This document shows positions 35,768-44,370 of a DNA stretch of 44,370 nucleotides, piece by piece. The notes under the pieces were generated by a model. That model searched no databases, was not told the DNA's origin, and was given only the letters and a program-made list of their open reading frames with translations. Made by a program: the position numbers and the translations under genes. Each line of letters begins with the position of its first letter. Position 1 is the stretch's first letter. The stretch is from a virus (lineage: Duplodnaviria; Caudoviricetes): positions 1 to 44,370 of the IMG/VR virus record IMGVR_UViG_3300031454_000238; one strand, written 5' to 3'.

Positions 35768-36793
35768 TTAATCCGCCGCCGCCCGACTCCTGCGCACCCG
35801 CCACGCCTCGATGCCCTCGCGTATCGCGTCGTGCTTGCGCTTGCGGAGCGTGACCGGGATCATGCCGAGGGCGTCGCACACCTGCCCCTCGGTCAGTTCG
35901 CGTTCCGCAAGGGCGAGGTACAGTGCCATTTCCTTTATTCGTGCGGTGCGCTCCGCGTCGAAGCGACTGATCTGCATTGCCGCCATGTCGCGGGACTCCT
36001 GCCGCAAATTCGCCCGTGCCGCGAGCGTTGCAAGTTCCGCCTCGCCGAGCTTCGCCCGCAATGCCTCGTTCTCCCGCTCCTGCTTGCGAAAGGCAACTTT
36101 GTAGCCATGTACGCTCTCCGTCTTCGGCGCGGGCGTCGGGGCCGTCTCTAGCAGCGATGGGTTCGCACGCGGGGTCGGTGCCTTCTTCGTCTCCTGCCCC
36201 GACTCCTTACCCGTCACCTGCCTATACGCCGTGTTCATGGCGATCTCTCCCCGCTCCACCGCGCCGAATAGATCGGGCTCGCGGTTCAACACCGCCTTGC
36301 CCTGCTGCACGACGCTCTTGCCGACGCCAGCCATTTCTGCCGCCCTTTCGGTCGCTCGCGGGTTGCGCCTCGTACCGTTCGTCGCTTTCCCAAACCCTTG
36401 GGTCGAATTCGACCCAAGGGTTTTCGTCTTCCCACGACCGCCCTGCATCCCGTGTTCGCCCGCCGCAATCTGCCGCTCATGTGCTTCCCGCTCAAACACC
36501 GCGAGCATCCGTGCGCCTATCGCTCCCCTCTGTGAGGTGGTGAGGTGGCGGCGGGCGAGGTTCGTTCCTACGACGAAAGCCAGCGGGGCGTTTCCGCCAT
36601 AGGTCTCGTACTGTGGCGAGACACCTACCTCTGCGCACGCACGCAGACGGTGCCGCCCGTCTAGCACCATGCCCTCGTAGAGCGTGATCGCGCGCATCAA
36701 CCCGTTCGCACGGATGCTCTCGCGCAACTCGACATACTCCGCGACGGTCATCGGCGGGATGAGATCGGCGTAGGGGTGGATGGGATAGCCCAT
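35768..36793 (-). CDS. ParB/Srx-fold protein with HTH
   Basis: IHPYADLIPPM...LDGRHRLRAC...NLARRHLTTSQR; AAEMAGVG. Confidence 0.8.
   Translation of the reverse strand: MGYPIHPYADLIPPMTVAEYVELRESIRANGLMRAITLYEGMVLDGRHRLRACAEVGVSPQYETYGGNAPLAFVVGTNLARRHLTTSQRGAIGARMLAVFEREAHERQIAAGEHGMQGGRGKTKTLGSNSTQGFGKATNGTRRNPRATERAAEMAGVGKSVVQQGKAVLNREPDLFGAVERGEIAMNTAYRQVTGKESGQETKKAPTPRANPSLLETAPTPAPKTESVHGYKVAFRKQERENEALRAKLGEAELATLAARANLRQESRDMAAMQISRFDAERTARIKEMALYLALAERELTEGQVCDALGMIPVTLRKRKHDAIREGIEAWRVRRSRAAAD
36392..36423. repeat. Perfect 32-bp palindrome inside the ParB-like gene
   Basis: AAACCCTTGGGTCGAATTCGACCCAAGGGTTT. Confidence 0.95.
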
Positions 36794-37680
36794 CAGGCAA
36801 CCTCGCCCTGATCGCCGGTGCGTCGCTTCGGCTTCACCACGAGCCTGGACGAACTGCGAATCACCTCCGGCGTCCGTCCCTCCACAAAGGCGTTGAAGGC
36901 ATAGATCACCCGGTTATAGTCTTCCAGCGTTCCCGCCTTGCGCCCCTGATTGATGATCTGCCGCAGCTTGTAGGCGGGTTCGTCGCGCAAGATCAGTTCG
37001 CCGTTCGTCACGTCCGCGAAAAACGACGCGGCACTCGCGGCGTCCTCGCGGTAGCACGCGAGCATCCCTGCGAGGAATGCCGGGGAGACGATGACCTTGT
37101 TGACGTGCCGGTACTCCCGCCGCAGCCGCGCCACCGTCGCTGTCGCTTCCGGGAACCGCTCGATCAGCGAGGATTCAAGCAGACGCGTGCGCCTCCGATA
37201 GGCGTCGGGGCCGATACCCACGTAGAGATCAAGGATCGCAAGCGCACGCACCACGGGGGCGATGTCCTCCGGCCCTAGGCCGTCGAACAACGACAAGTCG
37301 TCGCCCCGGATGAGGTCAGCCACCGTACGCTGTTGCGCAAGGTCATACACCCCCTCGGCGTCGTCGCGTTCGAGCACCACGAACCACTGCGGGATACCGG
37401 ACTCGATCACCCCGTTCAAGCGGTGCTGCCCATCCACGAGCCGCCCGCCCGCGAAGACCAACATGGAACTGAAAGGCCGCCAGCGTCCCGCGAGCATGTC
37501 CGCAACGTACCCCTTCACCCGCGCCTGCCGGAGGTGCCGGTTCGACCCGTTCTGTTCCAGCCATCGTGCGGCAATGTCGGGCGATACCCGCACGAGGCGG
37601 ACGCGCACCTTGCCGTCGAGCGTCTCGGCCGCGCCCCCCGCCGCATTGACCAACGCCGCCGTTGCCTGTACCATGTCCAT
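36793..37680 (-). CDS. ParB-like (DGQHR-motif) protein
   Basis: VSPDIAARWL...NR...DMLAGRW...LVDGQHRL. Confidence 0.8.
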   Translation of the reverse strand: MDMVQATAALVNAAGGAAETLDGKVRVRLVRVSPDIAARWLEQNGSNRHLRQARVKGYVADMLAGRWRPFSSMLVFAGGRLVDGQHRLNGVIESGIPQWFVVLERDDAEGVYDLAQQRTVADLIRGDDLSLFDGLGPEDIAPVVRALAILDLYVGIGPDAYRRRTRLLESSLIERFPEATATVARLRREYRHVNKVIVSPAFLAGMLACYREDAASAASFFADVTNGELILRDEPAYKLRQIINQGRKAGTLEDYNRVIYAFNAFVEGRTPEVIRSSSRLVVKPKRRTGDQGEVA

Positions 37681-37704
37681 GTCAGATACCCTTTCCTATG
37701 TGCG

Positions 37705-37733
37705 AAACCCGGCTGCCCTTACAGCCGGGTTTT
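37705..37733. terminator. Intrinsic terminator-like hairpin
   Basis: AAACCCGGCTG-6 nt-CAGCCGGGTTTT. Confidence 0.7.
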
Positions 37734-37739
37734 CCTCAC

Positions 37740-38510
37740 CTACCGCGTCGCCTGCTCCGGCTCGGTCGTGATACCCGCGTGGTCGCGGAAGGCCCGGAAC
37801 ACACGCTGTGCCGATACCCGCCCGTCCTCACGCAGACCAACATCGGCGTCGGGCGCGTCCATCGCCAGCACGTCGAGCCAACCCTGCCATTTCATCGGGG
37901 CGGGGCCGACGAACTTCTTGGCTTGCCACAGCACGTTTAGCGGCGTGAACTGCTGCTGGTCGAGCGGGTCATCCGGGTGTACCCACGCCTCCCGCTGAAT
38001 CGGGATGGGGGCCGGGGGGGGCGGCACGGGCGCGATGCCTTGCCGTTGCGCTTCCCGATGCACTGGGGCCATGCGCCGTTCCCGCTCTTGCGGCGTTGGC
38101 GGGACATCTTCGGCGTAGTCGTCGCGCTCGTAGTCGCTGCCGTACAGGTACAACCCGACGCCGAACAGCGTTGCCGCCTTTTTCAGGGCGTCGGTGATGA
38201 CGCCCTTCACGATGTCCTCGCCTGCTTTCGGGTCAACCTTCTGCACGCCGATATGTTCGCGCTCACCGAGGCCGGGAATGCTGAGTTTCACCTGCGCGAG
38301 CATCAGGTCGCCCACATCCCAGATTTTCAGCACCTGCAAATCCCACCGCCCACCCGTGACGGCGTTCAGGCGGTTGATGACCGCGTGGCCCTCGATGTAG
38401 GTGAAAGAGCGGTTCCCGGCCCCCTTACGGGTCTTGAGTGCTTCGGGTGGGAACGGCTCTTTCAGCCGTTGCAGCATCTCTGCTTGTGTTGCGGCGTCTA
38501 TGTCCGTCAT
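37740..38510 (-). CDS. Rad52/Rad22-family single-strand annealing protein (Sak-like)
   Basis: LKEPFP...YIEGHAVINRLN...KGVITDALKKAATLFGVGLYLY. Confidence 0.9.
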   Translation of the reverse strand: MTDIDAATQAEMLQRLKEPFPPEALKTRKGAGNRSFTYIEGHAVINRLNAVTGGRWDLQVLKIWDVGDLMLAQVKLSIPGLGEREHIGVQKVDPKAGEDIVKGVITDALKKAATLFGVGLYLYGSDYERDDYAEDVPPTPQERERRMAPVHREAQRQGIAPVPPPPAPIPIQREAWVHPDDPLDQQQFTPLNVLWQAKKFVGPAPMKWQGWLDVLAMDAPDADVGLREDGRVSAQRVFRAFRDHAGITTEPEQATR

Positions 38511-38692
38511 GCCGCCCCGCCTTGCGCCACGCGCTCGCCGTCCCTCGTGACGTACGCCAGCACCGGCTCGTTGCCCCCGACCATCCACTTCGCATCTTCC
38601 GCCTCGCACTGCTCCCGCATCGCCAGCATCGCCTCCATCGTCGGGCGCATTTCGTAGTAGTCGTAGTCGAGGTCGAGTCTCTTGCTGCTCAT
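38507..38692 (-). CDS. Hypothetical protein
   Basis: ATGA-coupled. Confidence 0.5.
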   Translation of the reverse strand: MSSKRLDLDYDYYEMRPTMEAMLAMREQCEAEDAKWMVGGNEPVLAYVTRDGERVAQGGAA

Positions 38693-38934
38693 TGCGCTGC
38701 TCCGTTCTCGGTAAGCACCCGCGCCTCGTGCGCCGCCTGCTCGCGCAACGCTTCGAGGAAGCGCCGCGCATCCACCATCTGCTCGTACTCGAGCGCATCC
38801 ACCACCGCGAATTGCGGGCGTCCCCAACTCGTGACGACGAGATGCTCGCCGCCGAAATGCACCCGATGCAAGGAGGCCCCAATGTCGCGCTGGAAAAGGG
38901 TGCTGACGACCGTGCGCACTTTCGGTTCGCTCAT
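38689..38934 (-). CDS. Phd/YefM-like antitoxin-domain protein, orphan
   Basis: FQRDIGASLHRV...GEHLVVTSWGRPQFAVV...EYE. Confidence 0.7.
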   Translation of the reverse strand: MSEPKVRTVVSTLFQRDIGASLHRVHFGGEHLVVTSWGRPQFAVVDALEYEQMVDARRFLEALREQAAHEARVLTENGAAQ

Positions 38935-39146
38935 CTTGCCACCCGCCCCGCGACAACCGCCGACACTACCAGCAGCAGCGTCATCGCCCCGTGCGGGTCG
39001 CAGATGCCCCGCCACAGTCGTGCCGCGCACCACGCGCCCGCACAGGCCGCGTAGACGCATCCGTAGATCGCGAGCAAGAGCAGGTCGCGTGCGGCGGGGC
39101 GTGAGGGATGCAGGGCGTCTTCCTCGCCCCAGTTGCGGATGCTCAT
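38931..39146 (-). CDS. Small two-TM membrane protein
   Basis: Two hydrophobic segments; ATGA-coupled. Confidence 0.5.
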   Translation of the reverse strand: MSIRNWGEEDALHPSRPAARDLLLLAIYGCVYAACAGAWCAARLWRGICDPHGAMTLLLVVSAVVAGRVAR

Positions 39147-39646
39147 ACCGCCCCCCATTCGCCCGCCGCGTTCGGGGCCATGCGGATTGCGCCGGGGTAG
39201 TGTTCGCCCATCAGCATGAGGACGTGTGCGGCGTTCGCGCCTTCCACCAGCATCGTGTCCGCGTGAAACTCGCGTGCCGCCTTGCACACCAATCGCTCGG
39301 TGCCGCACACGATCACATCCGCAAGGTAGTAGCGGAGCGGCGTCTGCGTGGGCCGGGGCGCGAAGGCGATGCGCGGCTCCGTGAGGGCGGCGGCTTCGGT
39401 AGTGACCTTGTAGTAGCCCCGGCCCGCGATCAACTCGTCCAGCGTGTTGCGATAGAGGCTTCGCGCCACCCGTTCGCCCGTGAAGGCGTCGTAGGCGAAC
39501 CACTCCGGCCACGACGATTGCCCGGTGGTATCCCACGGGTCGGCGCATTCCTGCTGTCGTACCGTGCAGGGGCGGAGCGGCAGGGTGCCGCTCGCCGTAA
39601 TGCCCGTTCTTCTCTTGTGTCCGTTCAGTGCGTGTGCGATACTCAT
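39143..39646 (-). CDS. Hypothetical protein
   Basis: SD AAAGGA; coupled to the next gene. Confidence 0.55.
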   Translation of the reverse strand: MSIAHALNGHKRRTGITASGTLPLRPCTVRQQECADPWDTTGQSSWPEWFAYDAFTGERVARSLYRNTLDELIAGRGYYKVTTEAAALTEPRIAFAPRPTQTPLRYYLADVIVCGTERLVCKAAREFHADTMLVEGANAAHVLMLMGEHYPGAIRMAPNAAGEWGAV

Positions 39647-39698
39647 GTTGCTTGGTTCCTTTCACGGCCCCGTCGCTGGCAGGCGATTGGGGTCGTTG

Positions 39699-39971
39699 TC
39701 ATGCAGCCGGGGGCCACTGCCCCGCCGCTTCCTCGTGTCCCGCCGCGACCAGTTCGCGTGCGTACCGCAGCACCGCCACCGAGGGCGTCCTGCTCTCGGC
39801 TATTCCCGCGATTGCCTGCATCGCCAGCGAATCCTCCTGCGTGGTGTGCAGCATCGCTTTCGCCAATGCCCGCACCGTACGCATCTCCACCACGGGCTTC
39901 GCACATTCGTCCACCAGTGCCTCCGCCATCTCCAACCGTTCCTGATAGGTCACTTTGCGCTGCACCCTCAT
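39699..39971 (-). CDS. Hypothetical protein
   Basis: SD GAGGGG. Confidence 0.55.
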   Translation of the reverse strand: MRVQRKVTYQERLEMAEALVDECAKPVVEMRTVRALAKAMLHTTQEDSLAMQAIAGIAESRTPSVAVLRYARELVAAGHEEAAGQWPPAA

Positions 39972-40160
39972 TCCCCCCTCGTGTCATGCATGAATCCGGC
40001 GTCGCGTCCGGTATGTTGGTGTCAGCACCGAACGTCTCGGTGCCGGGAGCGTCCACCGCTCCGAGCAGGCAGGTACTTCGGGATGGCGGTGGGTTCGTGT
40101 GGCCCCAGAATGCCAACTCTCCTTCGTGCCCTGTCTGCTCGGAAAGGCCGATGCCCGTGT

Positions 40161-40478
40161 TCATGCCGTTACCTGCTTCCGCTTCGTCGTGCGCTTCGGC
40201 GTGCCGGGTGATGTCAGGGCCACCAGTTGCGCCGTCGGCACGAGCAGCCGCGACCCGACGCGCTTGCACTCCAACTGCCCCCCGGCAATCCAGCCCTCGA
40301 TGCGCTCCCGGCTCACCCCGAACCACCTGCTCGCCGCCGCCACGTTCAGCATCCGGGGGAGGGTGCTGCGCTGGCCTTCCGCGAATCCCGCCGCGAACAT
40401 CTCGGCAAGCAGCGGGCGCATCGCCTCGCGCAGTTCGTCGGCGGTGGTGAGCAGCAGGCCGGGGATGGTCGTGGTCAT
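40161..40478 (-). CDS. Excisionase-like HTH protein
   Basis: MLNVAAASRWFGVSRERIEGWIAGGQL...VGSRLLVP. Confidence 0.75.
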   Translation of the reverse strand: MTTTIPGLLLTTADELREAMRPLLAEMFAAGFAEGQRSTLPRMLNVAAASRWFGVSRERIEGWIAGGQLECKRVGSRLLVPTAQLVALTSPGTPKRTTKRKQVTA

Positions 40479-40708
40479 GCCGCGACCTTCCCTTCTGGGG
40501 TGGAATCAGAACCGTTCTCGTGCTCGACATTCACCACCAGAATATTCATGAGCAGCATAGGATTGCGCATGAAGAAGCCGATCATCCTCTCGACAAGCAG
40601 GCTTCGGGACACGCCATTGTTTTTCGCGGTATCGCGGACGAAACGCGCAAAGTCTGCGTTGATCGAGTAGTTCACTGTGGGTCGCGTCCGCTCTTGGTTG
40701 GTCGTCAT
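40475..40708 (-). CDS. Ribbon-helix-helix protein in the Cro position
   Basis: TVNYSI...VRDTAKNNGVSRSLLVERMI; SD AAGGAGG. Confidence 0.7.
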   Translation of the reverse strand: MTTNQERTRPTVNYSINADFARFVRDTAKNNGVSRSLLVERMIGFFMRNPMLLMNILVVNVEHENGSDSTPEGKVAA

Positions 40709-40727
40709 CTCCGCCTCCTTATGATGG

Positions 40728-40779
40728 AGCATACTATGACGGTGGTGAATTGTCAATGCTTGTCATTACGGACGATAAT
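40728..40779. promoter_or_regulatory. Divergent lytic/lysogenic promoters
   Basis: Minus: TTGACA (40756-40751), 17 bp, TATGCT (40733-40728). Plus: TTGTCA (40750), 18 bp, GATAAT (40774-40779). Confidence 0.75.
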
Positions 40780-40785
40780 ACGGGC

Positions 40786-41250
40786 ATGGGACGAGAGAAG
40801 TTGGGTAGGGCTATCGCAGCGGGGCGCAAGAAGGAGACGCAGGAGGAACTGGCGTCGCGGGCGGGCGTGTCTCAATCGTGGTGGTCCAAATTAGAAGACG
40901 GAGCCTTGCCGAATCCTACGCCCGCCCTCGTTATCCGTGCCGCAGAAGCGGCGGGGGTCAACCCCCGCTATGCGTTGGCCCTGCTGTTTGACATTACGCC
41001 CGCTGATCTTCAGTCCGTGTCGCCCGCCCCACAAAGCCGTTCTGTTGTCGAGCAGATCAAACTACCGCCCGACATTAGCCGGGAAGAACAAGCGGGAATT
41101 GCTGAAAAGGTTCGTCGTCATGTTGATGCAGTGGTTCCGGTGTTTGTGCAAGAGGCGCGAGAGGCACGAACAGGCGACCCAACGAACGTTGCTGTGTTGC
41201 CTGCAAGTGACCCACCGAAGGTTCCACGTCCGCAACGAACTCAAGGGTGA
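40786..41250 (+). CDS. XRE-family immunity repressor, probably leaderless
   Basis: TQEELASRAGVSQSWWSKLEDG; divergent from the early operon. Confidence 0.85.
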   Translation: MGREKLGRAIAAGRKKETQEELASRAGVSQSWWSKLEDGALPNPTPALVIRAAEAAGVNPRYALALLFDITPADLQSVSPAPQSRSVVEQIKLPPDISREEQAGIAEKVRRHVDAVVPVFVQEAREARTGDPTNVAVLPASDPPKVPRPQRTQG

Positions 41251-41385
41251 TCGTGAGCGATTCGCCGCGTTCGGGAAAGGGTATCGGTTCGCGCATCAAT
41301 GCCCCCAAGAAGTAGCACATCTGTTCGGTAAGGTTTGCAGAGTAACAGGGCGCGGTTGTGGGTGTCAAGCGTAAGGGGGTAGGCG

Positions 41386-42402
41386 ATGCAACCACCGATG
41401 ATTCCGCAATCTGTCACGCGCCACTACGCCAACGAGCAGGAATACCACCGCGACGCCAAGCGGCTGACGGCAGCGGGCTTCACGGTGGCGAATCACGGGC
41501 CGGGGCGGAAGCGTGGGAGTACGGTCGTGACGTGGGGACGGATGGTGCCTGTGGGTGCGCCGCCGAAGGTGCCGGGGCAAAGCACGCGTAGCCCCCTCGT
41601 GTGGTTCATCGCGGCGGTGTTCGCGCTCATTGCCGTTGCCGCCTACCGTTCGCCGTCCGGCAACGCTTCTACGCCCTACCCTACCGCCACGATCAATAGT
41701 CTCGCCACGGCAAATGTAGTGGCCCTTGCAGCGAATCCCACGCTCGGTGCAGCGGCAACGAGCAACGCCGGGGAGTTCGCCACGGGAACGGCGGCGGCAC
41801 GACCCGCGACGCCCCCGGTACCGAGCGCGACAACAGCACCGACGCCGGACGCCACGAGTGCGGCGGCGGCAACCCGTGTCGCCGGGAGTTACGCGACAGG
41901 GACGGCCCGCCCCTCACCGACACCCGCCTTGCCCACTCCGATTGCTGACTATGAGGCGGCGTACCCAGTGATAGATGCCGCCGACATGACGAAACGCCCC
42001 GATGCGTACAAGGGCAAGCGGTTGTCCGTGGTGGGCAAGGTGTTTAATGTCCGGGAATCACGGGGCGTGACGACCTTTCAGGTTTGGACGGAACCCTACG
42101 ATTCGCGCTACCCGGTGGTCGTCACCTTCAGTGGCACGAGCAGCATCCGCGATGAAAACGTCGTGCGTGTTTACGGTGTGGGGCTTGGTGATACGGGTGT
42201 CACCAATGCCTTCGGGGCGCGGTTGTCGCAACCCGCGATGAGTGCCGTGCAGATCGGGCCACCGACATGGGCGGACAATGCAGCGACCGCCACCGCGTTC
42301 GGGCACGGGTATAACGCGACCAGCACCGCCGTGTTCGCGCCGCAGCCCGTTTTCGCGCCGCAGCCCGTTATTACCCGCGCCCCGACCTATCCGGGCCGTT
42401 GA
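41386..42402 (+). CDS. Membrane-anchored surface protein (PT-rich linker, OB-fold-like domain); superinfection-exclusion candidate
   Basis: TM LVWFIAAVFALIAVAAY; PDAYKGKRLSVVGKV...VRVYG. Confidence 0.7.
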   Translation: MQPPMIPQSVTRHYANEQEYHRDAKRLTAAGFTVANHGPGRKRGSTVVTWGRMVPVGAPPKVPGQSTRSPLVWFIAAVFALIAVAAYRSPSGNASTPYPTATINSLATANVVALAANPTLGAAATSNAGEFATGTAAARPATPPVPSATTAPTPDATSAAAATRVAGSYATGTARPSPTPALPTPIADYEAAYPVIDAADMTKRPDAYKGKRLSVVGKVFNVRESRGVTTFQVWTEPYDSRYPVVVTFSGTSSIRDENVVRVYGVGLGDTGVTNAFGARLSQPAMSAVQIGPPTWADNAATATAFGHGYNATSTAVFAPQPVFAPQPVITRAPTYPGR

Positions 42403-42514
42403 CCCGCCCCGGCACCGGAGCGGCGGTGAGGGCGCGGGCAGTGTGGGGGCGGGGGAGTCCGTAATGTTCGCACCCACATTCCTGCGTACGGACACTGGTA
42501 GGGAGATCAGGACG

Positions 42515-42548
42515 GTGTACACTCTAGTGTGTACAAAACGGTACACAC
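42515..42548. promoter_or_regulatory. Operator repeats of the MazEF-like operon
   Basis: GTGTACAC (42515-42522) and GTGTGTAC-aaaacg-GTACACAC (42527-42548). Confidence 0.7.
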
Positions 42549-42564
42549 GAAGGGGAGGAACACG

Positions 42565-42816
42565 ATGCCCGAGCGACAGACCATTCAGGTGCCACCGGAC
42601 ACGCACTCGCGGTTGCGGGATATCGCCGATCAGCGGCACGAGACGATGGCAGATACCATCGCTCGCCTCATCGCGCTCTACGATCAGGAGCGGTTCTGGA
42701 ACGAGTTCGCAGAGCAGTCGAATGCCCTACGGAATGACCCGGTGGGGTGGGCGGAATACCAGTCGGAGCAGCGATTGTGGGACACGGCGCTAAAGGACGG
42801 ATTGGAAGATGAGTAG
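42565..42816 (+). CDS. RHH-type antitoxin
   Basis: TIQVPPDTHSRLRDIA...WDTALKDGLE; overlaps the toxin gene. Confidence 0.85.
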   Translation: MPERQTIQVPPDTHSRLRDIADQRHETMADTIARLIALYDQERFWNEFAEQSNALRNDPVGWAEYQSEQRLWDTALKDGLEDE

Positions 42817-43180
42817 CAATCCGGTCGCGCCCACGGTGCGGCGTGGCGAGATTTGGATGGCTGAACTCGAACCCGTCACCGGTCACGAGCAGGGCGGGCG
42901 ACGGCCCTGCCTCGTGATCTCCAACAACCTTTTCAATGGCCTCTCGATGGACATGGTGATCGTGCTTCCGCTCACCGGGACACAGCGCACGCTCAACTCC
43001 CACGTCGGCCTTTCGCCACCCGAAGGCGGACTAACGATAGCCAGTGACGTGCTGTGCGAGCAGATACGTTCCGTGAGCAAGACGCGCCTCGTGCGTCGGA
43101 TGGGCGATGTGTCGGCAGCGAGCATGAATCGGGTGCAATTCGCGCTAAAGATGATACTCTCCCTCGACGCCCGGATGTGA
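42809..43180 (+). CDS. mazF: PemK/MazF toxin
   Basis: RRGEIW...GHEQGGRRPCLVISN...CEQIRSVSKTRL. Confidence 0.93.
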   Translation: MSSNPVAPTVRRGEIWMAELEPVTGHEQGGRRPCLVISNNLFNGLSMDMVIVLPLTGTQRTLNSHVGLSPPEGGLTIASDVLCEQIRSVSKTRLVRRMGDVSAASMNRVQFALKMILSLDARM

Positions 43181-43185
43181 TCCCT

Positions 43186-44370
43186 ATGACCGACACCAAC
43201 ACACCCGACAAGCCACGTCGCCAGAAATCTACGGGATCACAGCGGCTGCTCCCTTCCGGTCGCTACGAGGTGCGCGAGACGCGGGGCGGCAAGACCCTCT
43301 CGCGCACCGGGGCGAGCGTCACCGAGGCGCGGGGGCGGCTGCGCGATGCATGGCGCGACGTGGATCGGGGGGCGCGGAATCTCGGCAGTGCCACGTTCGG
43401 CCCCTACGCGACGGCGTGGCTGGAGACGGCGACGGCGAGCGTCAAGCCCTACACCGCGCACGGGTACGACGCCGCCGTGCGCATCCACCTCATCCCCGCG
43501 TTCGGGGACGCGAAACTGACGGCGATCACGCACAGCGATGTCGTGCGCTGGCTCGTGCGCATGGGCCGCACGCACCGGGCCAACAGCCTGCGCGTCTACC
43601 GCTCGGTGCTGGCGATGATCTGCGAAGCGGCGGTGCGGGACGGCCTGATCGTCGCCAACCCCGCCCGTGGCGCACCGATCCCCCGCGCCGCCAAGGCCGC
43701 CAAGGCCGCGCACCGCCTCACCACCGACGAGGCCCGCCGCCTGCTCGTTGCCGCCCAGTCGCACCCGTTCTGCGGCCTCTGGACGCTCGCTGCCGCGTCG
43801 GGGATGCGCCACGCCGAACTGCTCGGCCTGCGGTGGGAGGACGTGGACTTCGCCGCCGCCCGCATCCACGTCCGCGTGCAGTTGCAGCGCATCGGCGGGC
43901 GGTACGTCCTCTCGCCGCCGAAGTCCGAGCGCGGCACCCGCACCATCGCCATGACCGCCCTCGTGCGCGACGCCCTGCTCGCCCATCGTGCGGCACAGGA
44001 GCGCGAGCGCGTCGCGGCGGGGACGTTCTGGGACGGCTCGCTCGGCTTGTGCTTCACGACCAGTTTCGGCACGCCCGTTAACCAATCCTACGGGCGCGAA
44101 CAGTTGCGCCTGCTGTGCGCGAAGGCCGACGTGCCGTTGGTCGGCCCCCACGCGCTGCGCCACTACGTCGCCACCGCCCTTGCCGACGAGGGCGTGCCGA
44201 TGCACGACGCGATGGCCCTCTTGGGTCACTCATCCCCGGTGATGACGAGCCGCTACACGCACGCCGGGGAAGCGGGAGGCGTCAAGGCGGCGGCGGTGTT
44301 AGAATCCGCGTTAGCACCCGCGCCGCCGCGCCCGAAAACGGGCCGCTACCGCCGCGAACGGCAGCGATAG
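43186..44370 (+). CDS. int: Tyrosine integrase
   Basis: SGMRHAELLGLRW, PKS, HALRH, LGHSS...YTH. Confidence 0.95.
   Translation: MTDTNTPDKPRRQKSTGSQRLLPSGRYEVRETRGGKTLSRTGASVTEARGRLRDAWRDVDRGARNLGSATFGPYATAWLETATASVKPYTAHGYDAAVRIHLIPAFGDAKLTAITHSDVVRWLVRMGRTHRANSLRVYRSVLAMICEAAVRDGLIVANPARGAPIPRAAKAAKAAHRLTTDEARRLLVAAQSHPFCGLWTLAAASGMRHAELLGLRWEDVDFAAARIHVRVQLQRIGGRYVLSPPKSERGTRTIAMTALVRDALLAHRAAQERERVAAGTFWDGSLGLCFTTSFGTPVNQSYGREQLRLLCAKADVPLVGPHALRHYVATALADEGVPMHDAMALLGHSSPVMTSRYTHAGEAGGVKAAAVLESALAPAPPRPKTGRYRRERQR

Noticed and set aside
44300-44370. att sites, tRNA genes
   Set aside because: Window ends at the integrase stop; none recognised

Overview
A GC-rich temperate siphovirus-type (pro)phage, nearly complete. 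From the right end: tyrosine integrase, MazEF-type toxin-antitoxin (TA) pair, membrane protein and XRE repressor on the + strand. A divergent minus-strand early/replication operon follows (RHH Cro-like, excisionase-like, Phd-like, Rad52/Sak, two ParB-fold proteins, initiator-HNH fusion, initiator, MT-A70 methylase, RusA, late regulator), then terS/terL/portal. An ~8 kb fibre/glycoside hydrolase cassette sits between portal and scaffold, followed by capsid, neck and tail genes and a tape measure protein with C-terminal SLT and CHAP-like domains. The left end has a HigBA-like TA pair and what looks like an IS200/IS605 right end. No tail-tip or lysis genes were recognised. Main findings: (1) antisense free-standing HNH genes with a shared promoter/leader, two of which appear to have inserted into virion genes and supplied a replacement terminus, leaving the displaced original beside them; (2) two circularly permuted GH5 hydrolases among the virion genes; (3) perfect palindromes encoding variable linkers of DNA-binding proteins. 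All family calls come from motif reading by eye; no database searches were run.
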